This document shows positions 49,010 to 61,437 of a DNA stretch of 64,000 bases, piece after piece; position 1 is the first letter of the stretch; every line of letters starts with the position of its first letter. The position numbers and the translations under genes were made by a program. Source of the DNA: Guillardia theta CCMP2712 (taxonomy: Eukaryota; Protista; Cryptophyta); NCBI RefSeq assembly GCF_000315625.1, contig NW_005434655.1, positions 342,393 through 406,392 of the forward strand. Reading direction: 5' to 3'. Under the pieces are notes generated by a model. That model was given only the letters and a program-made list of their open reading frames with translations, was not told where the DNA came from and made no database searches.

Positions 49010-50973
49010 ATGGAGCTCCTCAGCGCGTGTCAGCGAGGAGACGAGGAGACGTTGCGGAAGCTGTTGCAGGAGGGGAAGGATCCGTCAGAGGCCAATGGTG
49101 TAGGACAGACGGGCCTTCATGTGGCCGCCCTATGGGGAAGACCAGCCATCCTCGACATGCTCATCAAGGCCGGTGCTAACCTCAATGCTGCCAACTCCTT
49201 CAGCGGTGCCACGCCCTTGCACTGCGCCGCACAGGAGAACGAAAGAGGAGACGGCCGAGGAAGAATCGAGTGCGTCCTGAAGCTCATTGCTGCGGGCGCC
49301 GACCCAAGTATAAGGGATATGCGAGGAAGGAAGCCTGCATTCTACTCTCGCAATGCCGATGTACGTGCCGCCCTCGGGGCTCCTCCGGAGCCTGAGGAAG
49401 ATGAGGAAGAAGATGAGGAGGAGGAAGACGATGAAGAATTTCTACCCGATAGCGAGAAGACCCCCGTTACTATTGTCACTGGGTTTTTGGGAGCAGGTAA
49501 GACGACTCTGATCAACTACATCTTGCACGAGCGGCATGGGAAGAAGATAGCAGTGGTTGAGAATGAGTTTGGAGCCGTAGACATCGACAGCAGTCTTGTC
49601 ACTGCCAACCTCCAGGCAAAGGAAGATGTCATCTCGATGGACAATGGTTGTGTCTGTTGTACCGTGCGTGGCGACCTGGTGAAGGCATTCAAGAGTTTGG
49701 CCGAGAGGAATGAGAAGTACGATGCGGTCATCATAGAGACTACAGGCATGGCTGATCCGGCACCGGTAGCTTTCACCTTCAACACTCAGAGAGAAGTTGG
49801 TGCAAAGTTTCGAATTGATGCAATTCTCTGTCTTGTGGACGCCAAGCACATCCAACAGCACCTTGACGACGTGAGGGAAGCTGGGGTCATCAACGAAGCT
49901 GTCAATCAGATAGCTTTTGCCGACAAGATTCTTTTGAACAAGATTGACCTTGTTTCTCAAGAAGAGAAATCTACTGTTCGGAGAAGCATAAAATCTATCA
50001 ATGCTACTGCACAGGTTGGCGATTTCTTGGTTTTAGAATTCGGCACCTTTGATATGCGTACAGATCATCGAGACCGAGAGATCCAGGGCAAATCTTGATC
50101 TTCTCTTGGGTATCGGCAGTTTCTCCCTCGAGAGTGTAAGATATAGACATCCAACGCGATGATTCCAATCCCGATGAAATTTATCTCATTTCAGGTTAGT
50201 CACATGCTCGACAACATGGAGGAAGAATCAGATGAAGAACACGAGCACGGTCACGAGCACGGTCACGAGCATTGTAAGATAAAGCGCAGAATGTCTGACT
50301 GTGAATGACAAAGTTTGGTCAGCGCATGAGCATGGGCATGGGCATGGAGAGTGTCATGAATGTCACGGTTGTTCCGTCTACAGTCACTCCATGTCTCAAC
50401 TTTTCGTGCAGGTCATGACCATGATGGCCCAACGCCGAAGAAACCCAAACGGTCTGCACATCTTTCCGGCGTCAGCAGCGTTGGAGTTGAGGTGTGACTT
50501 GCACGCTCGTGTGTGAGGCGATGATTCCAAGGCTAGATTGACGGAGAGCTCGACGAGCAGAAGTTCAACATCTTCATGACCAAACTACTGCAAGAAAAGG
50601 CTCGTGATCTCTATCGCAGCAAAGGTGTTCTCAAGTTCCATGGCAGGTCAGCAGTTTGACCTCAGCTTTTATATTCTCACTTGAGTGCAGCGATGACAAA
50701 TTTGTCTTCCACGGAGTTCATGAACAGATTGCCTTCGGGCCCGTTGAGGTGATTGACGTGGAAGGATGCGTCTCATCCATGATACAGAATAATCCAGAGG
50801 ATGTCTGACAGGATGAGGCAGGACGGATGGAATGAAGGTGAGAAGAAGAAGGTCAAAGTCGTTTTCATCGGAAGAAACCTGGACAAGGAGGTACTCTTTT
50901 CTCTCTTCAGCCTCGCAAGGTGACGAGCAACGTGCAGGCCCTGCACAAGGGACTTGAAGCCTGTAAGGTCTGA
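49010..50973 (+). CDS. Ankyrin-repeat + CobW/COG0523 (ZNG1-like) G3E GTPase metallochaperone fusion
   Basis: ANK motifs GQTGLHVAA and GATPLHCAA; acidic linker; GFLGAGKTT, ENEFG, GCVCC, IIETTG, NKID; His-rich HEHGHEHGHEH; CobW_C LYRSKGVL...FHGVHE...VFIGRNLD. Confidence 0.92.
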
Positions 50974-51089
50974 TAGCGAGGAGAGGAATTAGTTCGCTTC
51001 GATTTACATATTAGGATATGAACAGCAGACAGTACTTTCGCAAGATTTCAAGTTTTCTAAGCCTAGGGACTGATTCACATGCATCTTCC

Positions 51090-51569
51090 TCAACGCAAGA
51101 GAATTTCTCTCACTATTGGTGCATTTATCTGCAAACACATCGAGAACCTCAGCCAACGTCACTTTGTCAGTCTCTCTCACTAGCTTGCCGTCTCGTCGTA
51201 GCCCAAGCCTCACTGTTGAGCCTTCAGGTCCTAGAAGGAGGTGGGCAAGTTCCTCTGCACCCGCTGTCAGACAAGGAGAAACTGTGAAGGAGCACCGAAG
51301 TCTGTTGTCTTCACTTCCACTCCATCGATTGTCTCCAGCAGATCTCCAACCCGCACCTTTTTGTCCTGTCACCTCTGCAAGACTATCTCTTACTCACCTT
51401 GCCGCTTCGAGCTGCGGGTCCATCATCCTTCATGGAGGCAACGATTAGCAGTTGCTTGTTCACTTGTGCTCGGAATGAAATGCCAATGCCGGCCTGCAGG
51501 ACCTGTCATTTCTCGTCTTCTCTGCTGATAGGCAGATACCATTTCGTTCCCGCTCCTCCTCTCAGACAT
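51090..51569 (-). CDS. Small stand-alone PDZ domain protein
   Basis: Spliced AGIGISF...IVASMKDDGPAARSGK|VRVGDLLETIDGVEV...LLLGPEGSTVRLGLRR. Confidence 0.75.
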
Positions 51570-52453
51570 GTTGGTACCTTGTGCAAACATGACTCCTCTG
51601 CGTGCAAGAACGAGTCTTAGACCGTGATTATGGAGCACAAATGTTTGAAGATGTTTGCGCTTGTTTGAATATTTGGAGTTAATGAAGACATAACAACGTG
51701 TTTGCATAGACGATGCAAACAGATGCAAGTAGATTATGAAGAGACATAGGCAGCGACGATTGGGAAGGTGCGTGAAAATGAATGAGAGAGCATGGTCTTC
51801 GGCTCTTGAACTCTCTTCTCTTGCACATCTTCAACAAGAGAGGGTGCCCCAGGTGCTGCAACTCTCTGTTGGTCTGAGACCTCAAGGGTCCAGGAGGCAT
51901 CTATGAACCTCCACCGTTTCCTCCCTCTTACCTTCTCCTATCCTTCTTGCCTGGGGAGGAAGGTTCTGTTCCTTGTTCGGGCATGAAGTAGTGGAAGAGG
52001 AAGGGGCTTTCCTCCCTCCTCCTCTCCCTCCCTCCTTGTCTTTCTCCATCCCTTCCGCAGCATCCACACGCCAACGACATGTCGGGGGTCCGGCCCTGCC
52101 CACCCCTGGTTGTCACCCGATTATGAACCCCACCGTGACACCTACCTGGGACCCTCACCCAGTAGTTCACTGTACCCACCCTATCGAATATCCGCATGGA
52201 TCGGACCCAACCATGCCGATGAAGTTCGGGGGTACTGGTATGACCCTACCCTACCCCGTTAGTTTAGAGCCTCGACAAACTGAAGGGGGTCCACACCCAC
52301 GGCCCCTTCATGTGGGTCGTGTGGTTTTACACGCCAGGCCCGCGCTGGCGAGGAAATGGCGGGGGAGCAAATGGCGGGGGGGGGAGGCGAAGGACATTGC
52401 CAAGTGCAGGCGAAAAACAGAGAAATAGCTTAGCGGTATGGATTGAGACAGCC

Positions 52454-53176
52454 ATGGCAGATTATCGTTTGTTCTCCTCTTGCTCGAACTGCATTAAAGG
52501 CGAGAACGCACATTTCTGCACTTTTGTTTCAGAACTAAACTTGTACCCTGCTGCACCTGCAGCTTGATCGATAAAGGAATAATACTCAACACAGAGACAG
52601 GGTCCGCGATTTGTTTCAGGACGATACACCCTCGCCCTCCATCGTCCAAGCACATGGAGGGCTAGTCTCACTGCAGCCTTGCAAAGCCTTGGTTAGCGTA
52701 GTGGGCCTCTTGGAGAAGGCGATTGATGTCCTGAACCAGGACATGCTCTGATCCGTGCGTGCCAGAGAGAATGAGCTGAGAAAGAGTCAGCGTGAAAAGG
52801 ATCGACTTTCCTCAACCTTGGCTTCCCGAAGATGCTTGACCGCCTCCTGCAACATCATCACACCAGGTCCTCCTCTCTCCTTTTTTTACCTGCAAGGGAT
52901 CGCCAAACCCATGGCAAAGCGTCTTGTCGGGTTCGCCGGACAGGAACATGCACAGCTTGCCGAGGAATGCCTCCTGCTCTCCTCGATGAGACCACGACAC
53001 CATGTTGCTCGCAGCACCTGCAGACCGACATAGGGCGAGCACCGCGGATAAATCTTGTAGAGTCTCCGAAGGACCTTATGGATGAAAGGAAGAAAGGAGC
53101 GAACGATAAAGGGAAGGTGAAGGGCAGTAAGAGGTCAAGCAACAAGTCAGGTATGGAAGTATTGAACCTTGTATGA
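52454..53176 (+). CDS. Hypothetical multi-exon protein
   Basis: Short ORF segments with splice-like borders and a Lys-rich tail. Confidence 0.3.
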
Positions 53177-54431
53177 TGTTGAGAGGGCGAACTTCCAGCT
53201 CTTCGCTTCTACTGCTTGACTTTGCATGGCTTCACGAAGGCGCAAGAGGCTGAGGTTGTTATCATGGAGAATGCTCTCTGCCTTTTGGACTGCAAGAATG
53301 AACATCTGAATCACGAGTGTGAGTAGCATCCCTAACACATGAGTCAACCTGAAGCAACTCGTTTGCTCTGTCAGCTGAAGGCTGGGTCTTTGCGGCATGC
53401 AACTTTCCTTGCAAGCTTCTCTCTCTGCAACCAAGTCAACTTCCTGGACATCATTTACACTCCTTCTCCTCTAGACCACTACTTTCTCCTCCTTACTTGT
53501 TTAGATCTATCAGCTCGTTCTCATCCTGCCACATGTGTTTTCGGATGGCCCCCACCTGGATAACCAGCTGCTCGTCTGGTGTCAGTGCCTGCTAAATATC
53601 TCCTTTGCTTATCACCTCCTGCACCTCTCGCTCGAGCTCCAAAGCGCCAACCACACCCCCGCACACGCAGCAGGCTCTTACTTCCTCCAGCTCTGTGCGT
53701 GAGCTGTTGAGAGACGAGACGTCGAGCAACCGAGGGGTGGCCGACATTTCCTCCACCTCTTTTGCTATTTCGCTGTACTGCGGCACATGCTCCCTCATCC
53801 ACTGCTCAAGCTCTTTGTCCTCAGGGTCAAACATTCCATAGAGCTGCGTATATGCTTCCTCTGCTCTCGTCTGCAGTATCCCCAGTCTCTCCACCTGAAC
53901 AGACCCTCAGAGCATCGCCACAGGCTATTCAGCTCCTACAGCTTCTCCCCTTGCCTTTTTTCGTCCTATGAAGAGTCGGTTCTCACTCACATTTGCAGGT
54001 TCTCTCCTGATGTTGGCAAAAGAGGAATCTGAAAATTGGCACGTAAATTCTTCTGCTCTTCCCCCTGCTTCCCACTCCTTAGCCACTCATCCACCTACAC
54101 CCCTAAATGTCTTCCTCTACCTGCCTCTCTACCCGCTTCTACTTTCCTGCCTTACTTCTGAGTTCTCCTCCTCGTCTCTGCAAATCTCCACTGTCGAAAG
54201 CTTACCAACGTCTTGAGACAGAACCTGTAGCTGTTCCTCTCCCGGTCGTTCGACCTCTTTCGTAATTTCCCTTTCCTGGAGGTCTGTCCCGTCGATCGCC
54301 AAGTTGGAGAGAGGAAAGTTGTCCTCAACGTTGGCATTCTCCTCGATCTCAAATTCTCGTTCCCATACTTCATCTGAGAGAGGCCTGACATCCACGATGA
54401 GCTTCGCAATAGTCTCTTCTCTCGGAGACAC
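53147..54431 (-). CDS. Hypothetical acidic coiled-coil protein, multi-exon
   Basis: Co-oriented ORFs 54129-54431, 53592-53894 and 53147-53434 are joinable by short introns. Confidence 0.5.
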
Positions 54432-54600
54432 GACTTTGCTTCTTCCTCTCCCTCCCTGCCTCCCTGCCTCCCTGCCTCCCTGCCTCCCTTCCTTGTCTTC
54501 ACCGGATTGTGAGCCTCCTGCAAATTAACTCTGCCTCCTCTTCATCCCATGGCAGTAGCCATCCAAAGCATCCTGTCCTGTTGCATCTGAAGATTGTCTG

Positions 54601-55951
54601 TTAGATTTCTTCGATTCCTTCCTTTCCGGGGTATTGATACCGAAGAGCTGATTTGACTTCATCCAGAAGTGCGTCACGAGGGAGACAATCACGCGAAAGA
54701 GAGGCAGTCTCGTTGGAGCACAAGCTGCACGAGCAATTGATGAGGTACCTGCCATGCATAAGGGGCTCCACCTCCAACAAACTACATCTACAACTTCAAC
54801 CACCTCTTGTGCAAAGTTTTTCGTCGCAACCAATGCGGCTCAGCGCTATCGACGTAGCTTATGGTGATCTCCTGCAGGCCAGACCTTAGTCGCCAGTCAA
54901 CCCTTGCCATCTGTACCTGGCCCATTTCGATCTCTTCTGTCGCTCGAAGCTGCAATGAGGGACCGCAGAAGGTGACAAGGCAGTTGGGAGCGCAGTCGTG
55001 ATTGCACAAGGAGGCGAGGGGATACAGTCCTGTTCCGATTGGCCTGCCACCACCTCCCGTTGAGAAGCAGCACACAAGACTAGATGTAACACCGCTCCTC
55101 TTCATCGCAGATCGTGAAGCCATAGTTGTAGAGTCGGCATATAGTCATCAGAATCTCTCGAGGGTTTTCGATACCATTAGTAGCATTGAAGGTTTGATCG
55201 AGAAGCCTGGCGGCCTCGAGATTCCACTCTTTGGGGCAGAACATGTTGTTGACGTCGCCATCGGCCATGAAGTCTCTCACGACGTACGTGATCTGTGGGG
55301 CATGAGAGCTGCAAAACATCAGAGAGGTGTGCTTCAAGTGACCTGTGCGAAGGAGGCGAGGAGATCAGTGCTCCATGTGTCATAGTTAGTGTCTAACTCC
55401 AGAATGTCTTCCCACGTGGCGGTTGAGGAGTTGAATCGATGCTTCTTTGCGTCAAACATCCTGGCGACCGTCAGAAGAAATGAGGATGGCATGTAACCAT
55501 GATCGATACACTCCTTGATCCTCCTGCATTCTAATCTGTGCTTGCTCCAAGCCTTTTTTTGATCTTCTGCCGAGGCATACCTGCTGTGCTTCAGTCGACG
55601 CATGGAGAGGAAACATCATATTGAGACTCGTTCTTACCTTGCAAACCTGCAACCTGCACATCGCTTGAGTCTGACTCGAGATTGCGAAGCAAGCGAATGG
55701 TGGCAGAAGTTCTCGTGGGAGCCGAATCTTGAGGACAGGGCATACGCGAAGGGGTCCTCGAGCAGGACCTGGCTTCCCTGTGGGAATCGCCTCTGAGCGA
55801 CTAATCCTCTCCCTTTCCCCGGTATGTCAGCTATGGATAGATCACTCCGACTGAGAGCATCATACAGTCGTCCGCTAAAGCTTTGCGTCTGGTCAGGGAG
55901 GAAAAGCAACAACCAGGGGATGACAAGGCTGAAGCAGCATCGCCGAGGCAT
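54601..55951 (-). CDS. SMYD-type SET/MYND lysine methyltransferase with N-terminal signal peptide
   Basis: GKGRGLVA, degenerate MYND, GLYPLASLCNHDCAPN, EITISYVD, post-SET CSCSLC. Confidence 0.88.
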
Positions 55952-56260
55952 GCATTGACTCCCGTTTGCCTTGCGAGCTGGTTGAAAGCTAGCAGTCGAT
56001 ACGATTGTTGGTCAAGCTGTTCACTGCTCTGTTCCTGCTAACAACCTTCACCTCCCATACTCCTCGCCTCCATCTCGCTCCTCAATCTGACTGCTCCGCC
56101 AGTCCGATGCACCCCATCATGCGCCCGATGCTCTGCCCGCACTGCTCTGCCCGATGCTGGCCTAGGGATATGAGGGCGATGATCTGAACTGTGAGAGTCG
56201 AACGTTGCTGCCATAACTGACATTAGGGCCAACGGCTGTCGGGCACAGAGAAGAAAGGGA

Positions 56261-56847
56261 AGCAATGCAAGCTAGGCTAGCTCATGGCGATAAGGAGAGA
56301 AGTAATGCAAGCTAGGCTAGCTCATGGCGATAAGGAGAGAAGTAATGCAAGCTAGGCTAGCTCATGGCGATAAGGAGAGAAGCAATGCAAGCTAGGCTAG
56401 CTCATGGCGATAAGGAGAGAAGCAATGCAAGCTAGGCTAGCTCATGGCGATAAGGAGAGAAGTAATGCAAGCTAGGCTAGCTCATGGCGATAAGGAGAGA
56501 AGTAATGCAAGCTAGGCTAGCTCATGGCGATAAGGAGCGAAGTAATGCAAGCTAGGCTAGCTCATGGCGATAAGGAGAGAAGCAATGCAAGCTAGGCTAG
56601 CTCATGGCGATAAGGAGAGAAGCAATGCAAGCTAGGCTAGCTCATGGCGATAAGGAGAGAAGTAATGCAAGCTAGGCTAGCTCATGGCGATAAGGAGAGA
56701 AGTAATGCAAGCTAGGCTAGCTCATGGCGATAAGGAGAGAAGTAATGCAAGCTAGGCTAGCTCATGGCGATAAGGAGAGAAGTAATGCAAGCTAGGCTAG
56801 CTCATGGCGATAAGGAGAGAAGTAATGCAAGCTAGGCTAGCTCATGG
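56261..56847. repeat. 40-bp minisatellite, ~14.7 copies
   Basis: Unit AG(C/T)AATGCAAGCTAGGCTAGCTCATGGCGATAAGGAGAGA, head-to-tail, no spacers. Confidence 0.97.
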
Positions 56848-57377
56848 ACAAGAAATTGAGTCTATGAGAATGATGAGGAGAGGAGACGAATGTAGGAAAG
56901 ATGAGAAAGGAAGCAAGCGAGGAGGGAAGACGAGAAATATGATGGGGGGCGGTGGGGGGGGGGGGGGGAGAAGAGATAGACTTTGAAACGATCAAGATGA
57001 CATCTCATGAACGAGGCTAAGGCGAAAAGTAGAGTGAAGTAGAAGAGAAATAGATCTTCGAGAGGAATTTTAATCACGTCAAATGATGAATATGAATTAT
57101 AAGAACATCTTGTGAGAACACCGTAAAAGTGGGCAAGTGGGGGTGCACGTGAGCAAGCAGCATGTAGGGAGTCTAAAACAAGTGAAAAGACATCTCAAGG
57201 AATTAACCTCTTGGCGCTGTTGAATGCAAACAGCTTCGAGTAGACAAGTGGTAGCAGCAGAGAGAAGCGGCTGGTAGTTGAGGCCCCTGAGTGCCTCCTC
57301 TCTTTCCTTCCTCAAACCCTCACGTCCTCTGCCTGCAGGAGCTCTGCCGCATGCGTTTCTGACGGGGAGGCCTCGTC

Positions 57378-59356
57378 ATGGCAGAGCAACCGCAAGGTAC
57401 CTCATCCATCACCAACCTGGAGCTTCAACATCATGGACAAGGCGAGAAGCGAGCTCAAGCTCAGAGCATGGCGGCAACGCCTGAAAGCCTATCGCATGCG
57501 ACCAAGCATGACGTGAGTGGAGAGAGGGGAGGGGCAAGAAGCTTGATGAAAGGCTCCCTCTCCGTGGAGTCACTTTCGTCGGTCGCCATCAGACCGAAAA
57601 CGAGTTTCGAGTCTTGCAGTCACCTCAGGGATACTCGTAGCACTGACTTCAGCTCCCTCGGCCATGCTCGCTCCCGACCGAGAACCTCAAGCCCTCAAGT
57701 GAGTGTCGCCTCTCCCTCCTCGTCCTGATCCCTTCGCAGAAGTACCTCGTGTTCGGAACCCGCGGAGGAAAGATCAGCACAGCCAACGTGAAGACGGAGA
57801 TTGACTGGGCGGTGCATCGATCGAGGTCGCTTCCGGGTCCTGGAGCCTACTTCGAGGAGGTCGGGAGCAGTCTCAACCTTAGCGGCGGGAGATTCAACAT
57901 GAGCAGACCCAAGTCAGACATCGACTGGCAGGTCTACAGCGCCTCCAAGATTCCCGGGCCCGGCGACTACAACACCATCGAGCCCGTCAAGGTGTCGGGA
58001 GGGAGGTTCAGCACCGCCCGGCCCAAGTCAGCGGTGGAGACTCTGATTCGAATGTCGTCTCAGATCCCCGGGCCCGGACACTACAACGTGCCGAGCAGCT
58101 CAGGGATAGAGGGCGGAAGGATGAGCAACGCGAACCCGAAGACGGAGATCGAGTGGACCATCCTGAGGGCCAAGGACATTCCCGGGCCCGGGCAGTACAA
58201 CGTGAGGAGAGACCTCAAGACTTCTGGTGGAAAGTTCAACATGAGCAGACCCAAGTCTGAGATCGACTGGGTCATGTACACGGCAGCTCAGAGACCTGGT
58301 CCCCAGCAGTATCAGTCCTATCACACTCCCAAGATTGGAGGCGGGAAGTTCAGCACAGCACGTCCCAAGACTGAGCTGGACTGGATCATCTACAAGAGCA
58401 AAGAAGAGCCTGGGCCAGGTGGCTGCGCTCGCTGTTGTGAGGAGGAGGTGACCGGATGCGCAGGCGACTACAACGTCAACCTCCTTGACATTGCCCGCAT
58501 GACTGGCAGCTCGAGACAAGCTCCGGAACCTGAGGCGCGATCTAAGACTCGCAAGGTCTTGGCTGCTGGGCCCGTCAAACCTCCTGACCTCAGGCTGACA
58601 GTCATCGGGAGAGTCGCAGAAGCAGCTGGAGCGATCCAACGCAGTCCTCTCCTCCTCACTCCCTCTCACTGTCTGATCCACTCGTCCTCACTCCCTCTCA
58701 CTGTCTGATCCTACCTGACAGGAGGTAAAGCGTTCTTCCCGCCATGCAAGACCTTTGCGCCCACAGGATGATCCAGGTGTGCCTGATGACCCGCGCAAGC
58801 TGCTGGAGAAGGTGGAGACGAGGGCAGAAAACCGCAACCTGCATGGAGAGAAGCAGGCTCTACAGGTAGAGGTAGGAGAGCAGCCACATCCCGCGACGAG
58901 GCATCTTGAGGCAAGACGAGCCAGCGAAGAGCAGCAGGGGGGGGATGAGAGGATGGCGGAAAGATCGCATGTCAAGAGGGCACAAACCCACGCGTCTCCT
59001 CACCGCCTGTTTCATCTTCATCCTTATGCTGCGAGAGTAGACGAACGCACCCACAAGAAGACCAAGACGGTGAAAACAAAAGACGAGCTGAGGTCAGAGG
59101 CTTTGAGAAGGTATCAGATCAAGCTCAGAAACGACGCAAAGCAACTTCTTGATGTTGCGATGCAAAATGAAGATGTGAGAAAGGCTCTCGCGCATGTGAC
59201 AGGGTTCGAGAAGATCTCCCAGGTGCTGATTGACTGCTGCTGCTCGTCTGAAATTGTTTGACGCAGTATGTTGAAAAATATGCGGCAGAAAGGCAAAGAG
59301 AGTCAAGAGATCTGAAATCAAACTTGACGGACCTCGATGGAAGTCAAAGATTCTAA
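57378..59356 (+). CDS. SHIPPO/STPG (PGPGxY) repeat protein, ODF3-like, probably axonemal
   Basis: Six ~37-aa repeats GG(R/K)F(S/N)x(A/S)RPK(S/T)EIDW...PGPGxY. Confidence 0.8.
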
Positions 59357-59416
59357 TGAACCTTGTGAGAAGTTAATCAATCAATAAAACTCAACGGGAG
59401 GAGCAGAATTGTTTTA

Positions 59417-60919
59417 TCAGTCTTGTCGATGGCGATATCCTAAACCTTGGCATTCAATGATGACGCTAGTCCCCTCCTCCCTCACTTCAAACTTCACCCC
59501 CGTCATCTCCTCTAGGAATGCCTGTTCAAAGCTTGTCATCACTACCAGTATGAATGTTTCCTCGTTTCCTCGTCCCACCATCGCTGTCTTGGTATGGAGA
59601 GAGAGGGGCCCAGTTCTCAAGGAGCTTCTGCCGTCTCCGAGGGCCATGAAGATCATGAGCTGACGCACGAGTCATGCACAAGAGGACGCGAAGCTGTTTG
59701 CCTGGTCCTGCATGTGCTCATCGACGCATCCTCCGTGCGAAAGAGACTCTCGCAAGCTCTCGACCGCCTGCCCTGCCAGCTGATGAGGGTTGACCTGCCG
59801 TCAGTCAGTGTGGTTCCCTCTTATCCTTCTCATTCACCCGCTTCTCGCTCAAAGCACTCGCTCCCAGGACGCATCCTCCCTCTGTCTTTGCCCAAATGAC
59901 CACTGCTGCGGATGAAACAGATGCCGCGATGACCTCCTGACTTAGCTGAAGGGAGAGATTGCCCAGAGCTGCTCGAGGAGTGAACCAGGGAGTGAACGAG
60001 ACGCGAACATATGGCAGCTCACCGGGTTCTTCTCTCAGCGTCTGCAGAAGAGACGACTGAAGCTCCTTGAGCGTTTGTTCACTCCCCAGCACTATCCCTT
60101 GCAGCTCAACAACATCTCCTCTGCTCCGCCAGCTCCATCATCTTCTTCATACCCAGCACATACACGTGGCCTCACCTCTCCAGCATCCGAAAGGCAGCAA
60201 GACGCTCCTTCGGACTGACAGTGAGGGTGATTTCACCTCCTCCTCGAGGAAAGAAGCCTCGCCGCTTGAGAGACACGGAGGCTTCCATGCCTGTGAGCCG
60301 CCGCATGAGGGGGAGAGCAACGTGTATAGTGTAGTCGATTGGAGGGGAGAAGGCAACGTTCGTTCCGCCTCGCAAAACCACGTGGATGGCCCTTTCATCG
60401 TCACGCACCACACAGCACGGAAGGACACTTTGCAGGAGGAGCGTACAGCTTCCAGCGGTGACAGCATCTGATGTGGATCATGCAGAGCAACAACGATGGA
60501 GCTTGCAACCTGCCATGAAACTTGTACCGCTCGAAATCTTTCGAGGCTCCAGGAGGATAGAGTCACTTCCGATTTTACAGTCCTGCAGCACCCCCGAGCA
60601 AAGAGCCGCCACGAGCTTCAACCCTGCCGCATGCTGTGCCGCCAACCCGGGTTTGGACCGACCAGCACGAATCTTGTTGATTCTGATAGAAATCCCCAGC
60701 AAAGCAGATATTGCACTCGCAACTCGAACAACCTGAAGGAAAAGAACAACTTATTATTTTCCGTTGCTGTCTCCTCAAACGCAGCTCCTCTCTGCAGTAC
60801 AATATACACTGCTCCTCGTATCCAACATCTCATCCGTCCACTCTGTCCTTCCCTTCTTCGCTCTCCATGACGCCTCTTACCTGCCCTCCTCCCTCCATCT
60901 TGGATCCGTCGATCAGCAT
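59417..60919 (-). CDS. RTCA: RNA 3'-terminal phosphate cyclase
   Basis: MLIDGSKMEGGGQ, IRAGRSKPGLAAQH, LRGGTNVAFSPPID, RRGFFPRGGGE, CVDEHMQDQ|LMIFMAL, LSLHTKTA. Confidence 0.92.
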
Positions 60920-61437
60920 GGTAGGTCGCATTTTGTTTCTGTCAATGACAGAATGCAGGTCCCCCTCAGAACGATAGCTACCTTGTTTATGCGGCAGTGT
61001 TTACGGCCAGTGTGTGTATATGGGCGAGCCTGCCTACGTGGTACGGTACGAGTCTTCAGCAGACCCGGAGTCAGCACTGCCTGAGCAGGTTCATCATCAG
61101 GAACGAATGAGTTTTACTCGCATAACGAAGTGCCGACCAAATGCTACAAGAGGAAGTCGTTATCCAGCGCGGCCACGGTTCGGTGGCAACGCCGCCCGGC
61201 CGGGGCCGGGGCAAGCCAAGTTTGCGAACCTTTTCCGACGCTGCAACATGGAGGGCGTCCAGATTGACCTGTCCGCCGGGCGGCCATCAAGCCCTCGTAC
61301 TGCTCAGACCCAGGATCGCAGATCCCAGGGATGTGGATCCGACAGTGTCGGCCTTGGTCTTGTCACCGTGTCACGGTCACCGGGTAGCCTAGCCTAGTCA
61401 CTGAGTGTCTAGTGAAGTTTTACCGTTCGCATATGGG

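Noticed and set aside
56261-56847. CRISPR array
   Set aside because: Units are head-to-tail with no unique spacers, there are no cas genes, and the context is eukaryotic.
33558-59356. Flagellar gene cluster (LC7, SHIPPO, plus MORN further left)
   Set aside because: The genes are tens of kb apart and interspersed with unrelated genes; expected by chance in a flagellate.
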